This document shows positions 18,770 to 22,160 of a stretch of 22,160 bases of DNA, in pieces. The stretch covers positions 1-22,160 of the forward strand of contig NW_021837008.1 in assembly GCF_006345805.1 (NCBI RefSeq). The letters run 5' to 3'. How positions within the stretch are numbered: the stretch's first letter is position 1; every line of letters begins with the position of its first letter. The DNA is from Octopus sinensis. Its lineage: Eukaryota. The notes under the pieces were generated by a model, which made no database searches, was not told the origin of the DNA, and saw only the letters and a list, made by a program, of their open reading frames with translations. Both the position numbers and the translations under genes were made by a program.

Positions 18770-19240
18770 AGTAGTAGGAGTAGTAGCAAAGATGACGGTA
18801 TCAGCGTTGGTGGGACGTTGAAAGTGGTAATGGTAGTGGTGGATGTTGTAGTAGTAATGGTGATGATGATGATGAAGGTAACGATAAGAGTTGCTGTAGC
18901 GGTTGTAGTGTGGCAATTAATATTGAAGTCGGTGGGGGTGGGGTGGGGGTGTTAGTAGTAGTGGTGGTGCTGAGGGGTAGCGCCGATGATGGTAGTGGTA
19001 GCTGCGGTAACAGTAGCTGTGACGGCGTAGGTGTTGATTGTCCTGGAGCTAGAAAAGAGGCGCTGGTAGTGGCGGGGACTTCTGCGTGACTGTTGTGGTG
19101 ATGGTGGTGGTGGTGGTGGTGGTGGTGGTGGTGGTGATGGTAGTGGGGGTGGGGGTGGGGGTGGGGGGGGGGTGATTGTCGTGGTGGTGGTGGTTTTTTG
19201 GTGGTGGACGCGGTGATAGTTGTTGTAAGCGGTGCAAACA
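17880..19240. repeat. Mosaic (GGT)/(AGT)/(GAT)/(AGC) trinucleotide low-complexity region
   Basis: Direct reading; the source of the Gly-, Val-, Thr-, Pro- and His-rich ORFs on both strands. Confidence 0.9.
19145..19172 (+). other. Canonical G-quadruplex motif
   Basis: GGGGG-T-GGGGG-T-GGGGG-T-G10: four G-runs of 5 or more with 1-nt loops. Confidence 0.7.
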
Positions 19241-19585
19241 AATAAAATGACGTCATTGCATAAAAGCGCCCTCTGGATTAGCAGGAGAACACAAAAGTTA
19301 GTGTTTAAATGGATTTAAGAAAATATTGCTTCCCGCCCCGCCCCACCCCACGTGACAAGATATTTTACGACCGGTTGTTAGATAAGCCTCGGGTTAAATA
19401 TAAATCTTTTGGGCCTATATTTTCTCATTACGCTTCTTCGTTTGACTTTCGACTCGCAGTCACTGATAGCAAGCAAATATTTGAAACCGGAAGTAGATGG
19501 AGTGCCAGAATCGATAGACGACACAACTAAATTGGCTTGCAGCTTCTAGTTTCGTACCTTCATGCTATGAGTTCGAATTCTGCCA

Positions 19586-19859
19586 TACTCTTTTACTCTT
19601 TTACTTGTTTCAGTCATTTGACTGCGGCCATGCTGGAGCACCGCCTTTAGTCGAGCAAATCGACCCCGGGACTTATTCTTTTGTAAGCCCAGTACTTATC
19701 CTATCGGTCTCTTTTTGCCGAACCGCTAAGTGACGGGGACGTAAACACACCAGCATCGGTTGTCAAGTAATGCTAGGGGGACAAACACAGACACACAAAC
19801 ATATACACACACACTTATATATATATACATATATACGACAGGCTTCTTTCAGTTTCCGT
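19586..19859 (-). mobile_element. Family-C SINE, 5'-truncated
   Basis: Collinear with 12446-12725; lacks the tRNA head. Confidence 0.9.
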
Positions 19860-19902
19860 GTTTTTTGTCATTTTATTTTATTTTACTTTTTAAATGTATT
19901 TA

Positions 19903-20280
19903 GCCGTGGTTTTACGGTAAGATGTTTGCTTCCCAACCACATGGTTCCGGGTTCAAGTCCACTGCGTAAAACTTTTGACGAACATCTACTATAACCCTGG
20001 GCCACCGAGAGGCTTTGCGGGTGGATTTCAAACATAAACTGAAGGAAGCCTGTCGTATGTGTTCATGTGCAGTTGTGTGTGTTTGTGTATGAGTGTGTGT
20101 GTGTATATGCATGTCTGTGTTTATATTTATCACTCACGATGCTGGTTTGGTTACGTCGCGTAACCTAGCGGCTCAACAAAAGAGCCCGATAGTATATAAG
20201 TTTTGCGGTCGAGTTCGACTCATACTCTTCAAGGCTGTACCTCAGCTTGCCCGCAGACCAATGACTTGAAACAGTAAGAG
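19903..20280 (+). mobile_element. Family-C SINE, full-length, older
   Basis: Head GCCGTGG..GGTAAG..TGCTTCCCAACCACATGGTTCCGGGTTCAAGTCCACTGCG; diverged 3' part ending AATGACTTGAAACAGTAAGAG. Confidence 0.8.
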
Positions 20281-20521
20281 ACATCAGTTAATTTCCTGAT
20301 TTTGATTAAATACATATCTGATATTTTATTTATTGTATCTAGTTTGCCATTTTGAATATATGACATTTCCTTTTGCAATTATAACGTTACGAGTGTAGTG
20401 GATAACCTTTCGGAACTATATCAATCATCAGAGACTGTAGAAAAGATAGAAACGGGCGTTGTCACTCAGGATGAGAGCATCTGTTATGAAACTAACTGAG
20501 GTGAATGAACGTATTAAACAC

Positions 20522-20561
<40 letters not shown>

Positions 20562-20568
20562 ATATATA

Positions 20569-20739
20569 CAGGAGGTGGGCTGAAAAGTTCCTAGTTTTGG
20601 GTAAAAGAAAATACAGGAGGGTCAGTTAATTATGATGTTATACAACATTTTCCCCTCTCAGGGTCACACACTTATTGCAGCAGCCCTTCAGTTATTTTGA
20701 ATCCTGTAAGGGACCTCGGAAATTGGACACCCTTGAAGC

Positions 20740-20740
<1 letters not shown>
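20569..20740 (-). mobile_element. Mariner transposon 3' end (TIR + transposase C-terminus)
   Basis: TA-flanked end CAGGAGGTGGGCTGAAAAGTTCC; minus frame 20691>20638 [17 protein letters not shown], like the mariner L..RW.KC....G.Y.E* terminus. Confidence 0.75.
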
Positions 20741-20794
<54 letters not shown>

Positions 20795-21806
20795 TGTATG
20801 TTTGTATGTATATATGTATGTACGTATGTATGTATGTTTGTATGTGTGTATGCATGAATATGCCACTAAGGAACTAATAAACCAGAACAAAATGTATATC
20901 ATACCTATGTTCCCTAAACTCCCTAAACTGGTTGCCAGAAATCCCAAGAATTAAAAACCTTTCATGCCAACGTGAGCTAAAACTGTTACGTGGGGTACAC
21001 TTTCTCATCTACTGTGTCATTTTTAACAAGGGCCCATTGTAAAACATCATACAGTATACGGCCTTATAAAGAATTAGTTGACCGTTTTATAAAGAATTCC
21101 ACGAAGAATTTGATTAATAATGGAACCTTTACTAATAGTAAAATGCCAAAAAAAAATGTCGATACATAAAATAACACCTGAAATCGGCGTTGACGATTTT
21201 GTTAATTATATGAATATTTTTAAGACCCTACTGTAAAGCGCACGAGTCACACCTTGTTACTTCTATCACATTTTCCAGACCATAACACCAAGATTATTTT
21301 GAAAAGTTTTTGTGAACAAATGGATTTAGAAGCCGGATTAGTGTTCCAAATTAATCACAGATTTAATAAGAAAATACAAGAAGATATTCTAATAAAAAAT
21401 TAAAAACGAACATAACCCTAACTTTCAAATAATATACTTGTTGTTGATGGTGGTGTGTTTACACTTCACCACCACCACCGTAACATCAACGACAACAACA
21501 ACAGCAACAACGACAACAAAAACTGCTGAACATCACCACCAAAAAGAGCAGCAGCAACGCCACGCATGTGCGCGTGCATGGGTAAATGGGGAACAACTTG
21601 TGTATACAAGCAGCGTACAGAAATTAAACAATATTGTCGGAAGGTGTTGCTAGTGGTATGATATTTGGTTGAAAACAGACGATGGTGGGGAATGTTTGCG
21701 TTCGTTTGCCTTGTTTTTCCGTTTTTCTTGTAAAATTCTTAACCGTCTCCCCGTGCAACATATTCTCATTAGTATACATACATTTACACGAACTCACATA
21801 CGCAAT

Positions 21807-21837
<31 letters not shown>

Positions 21838-22160
21838 TGTGTGTGTGTGTATACATATATATGCACATACATACATATATAGATATACATGTATATGTAT
21901 GTATACACATATACATAAAAATAACATATATCTTACATAAAAAATACATAACTACACACGCACACATATATACACACACGCACTCACACATACAACGACA
22001 TATAGATGTTTATATAAGTGTGTGTGTGTGTGTGTGTATTTACATTTGCATACTTAAACACATGTATATATACATAAAAATATGTGGATATATATGCATA
22101 CATTTAGGTGTGTGCGTGTGTGTATGTATATACCACCACACACAATTACGCAATCACACA

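Overview
AT-rich eukaryotic non-coding DNA (intron or intergenic), dominated by microsatellites and transposable-element relics. The repeat families look like those of octopus (coleoid cephalopod) genomes; this is recognition from memory, not a database search. No host protein-coding exon could be supported, and nearly all ORFs in the supplied track are microsatellite or SINE artefacts. The only convincing coding remnants belong to mobile elements: a 5'-truncated Tx1/L1-clade LINE (15321-16216, minus strand, zf-RVT domain, three nonsense codons, no frameshift) sitting between GATA repeats; three R4/Dong-type LINE fragments (RT thumb 3098-3296 and two restriction-like endonuclease C-termini at 4385-5198); and two mariner transposase C-terminal remnants. 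There are about 18 tRNA-derived SINE copies from three families (here called A, B, C), hAT- and piggyBac-type MITEs, and Penelope-like remnants including a degenerate hammerhead ribozyme. The best lead is an apparent SINE-LINE partnership. One family-A SINE subtype ends in the same ~31 nt as the Tx1 LINE (25/31 identical), and in both copies in the window it is joined to another SINE at exactly the same internal site. This suggests a Tx1-mobilised, target-specific SINE that inserts into other SINEs.
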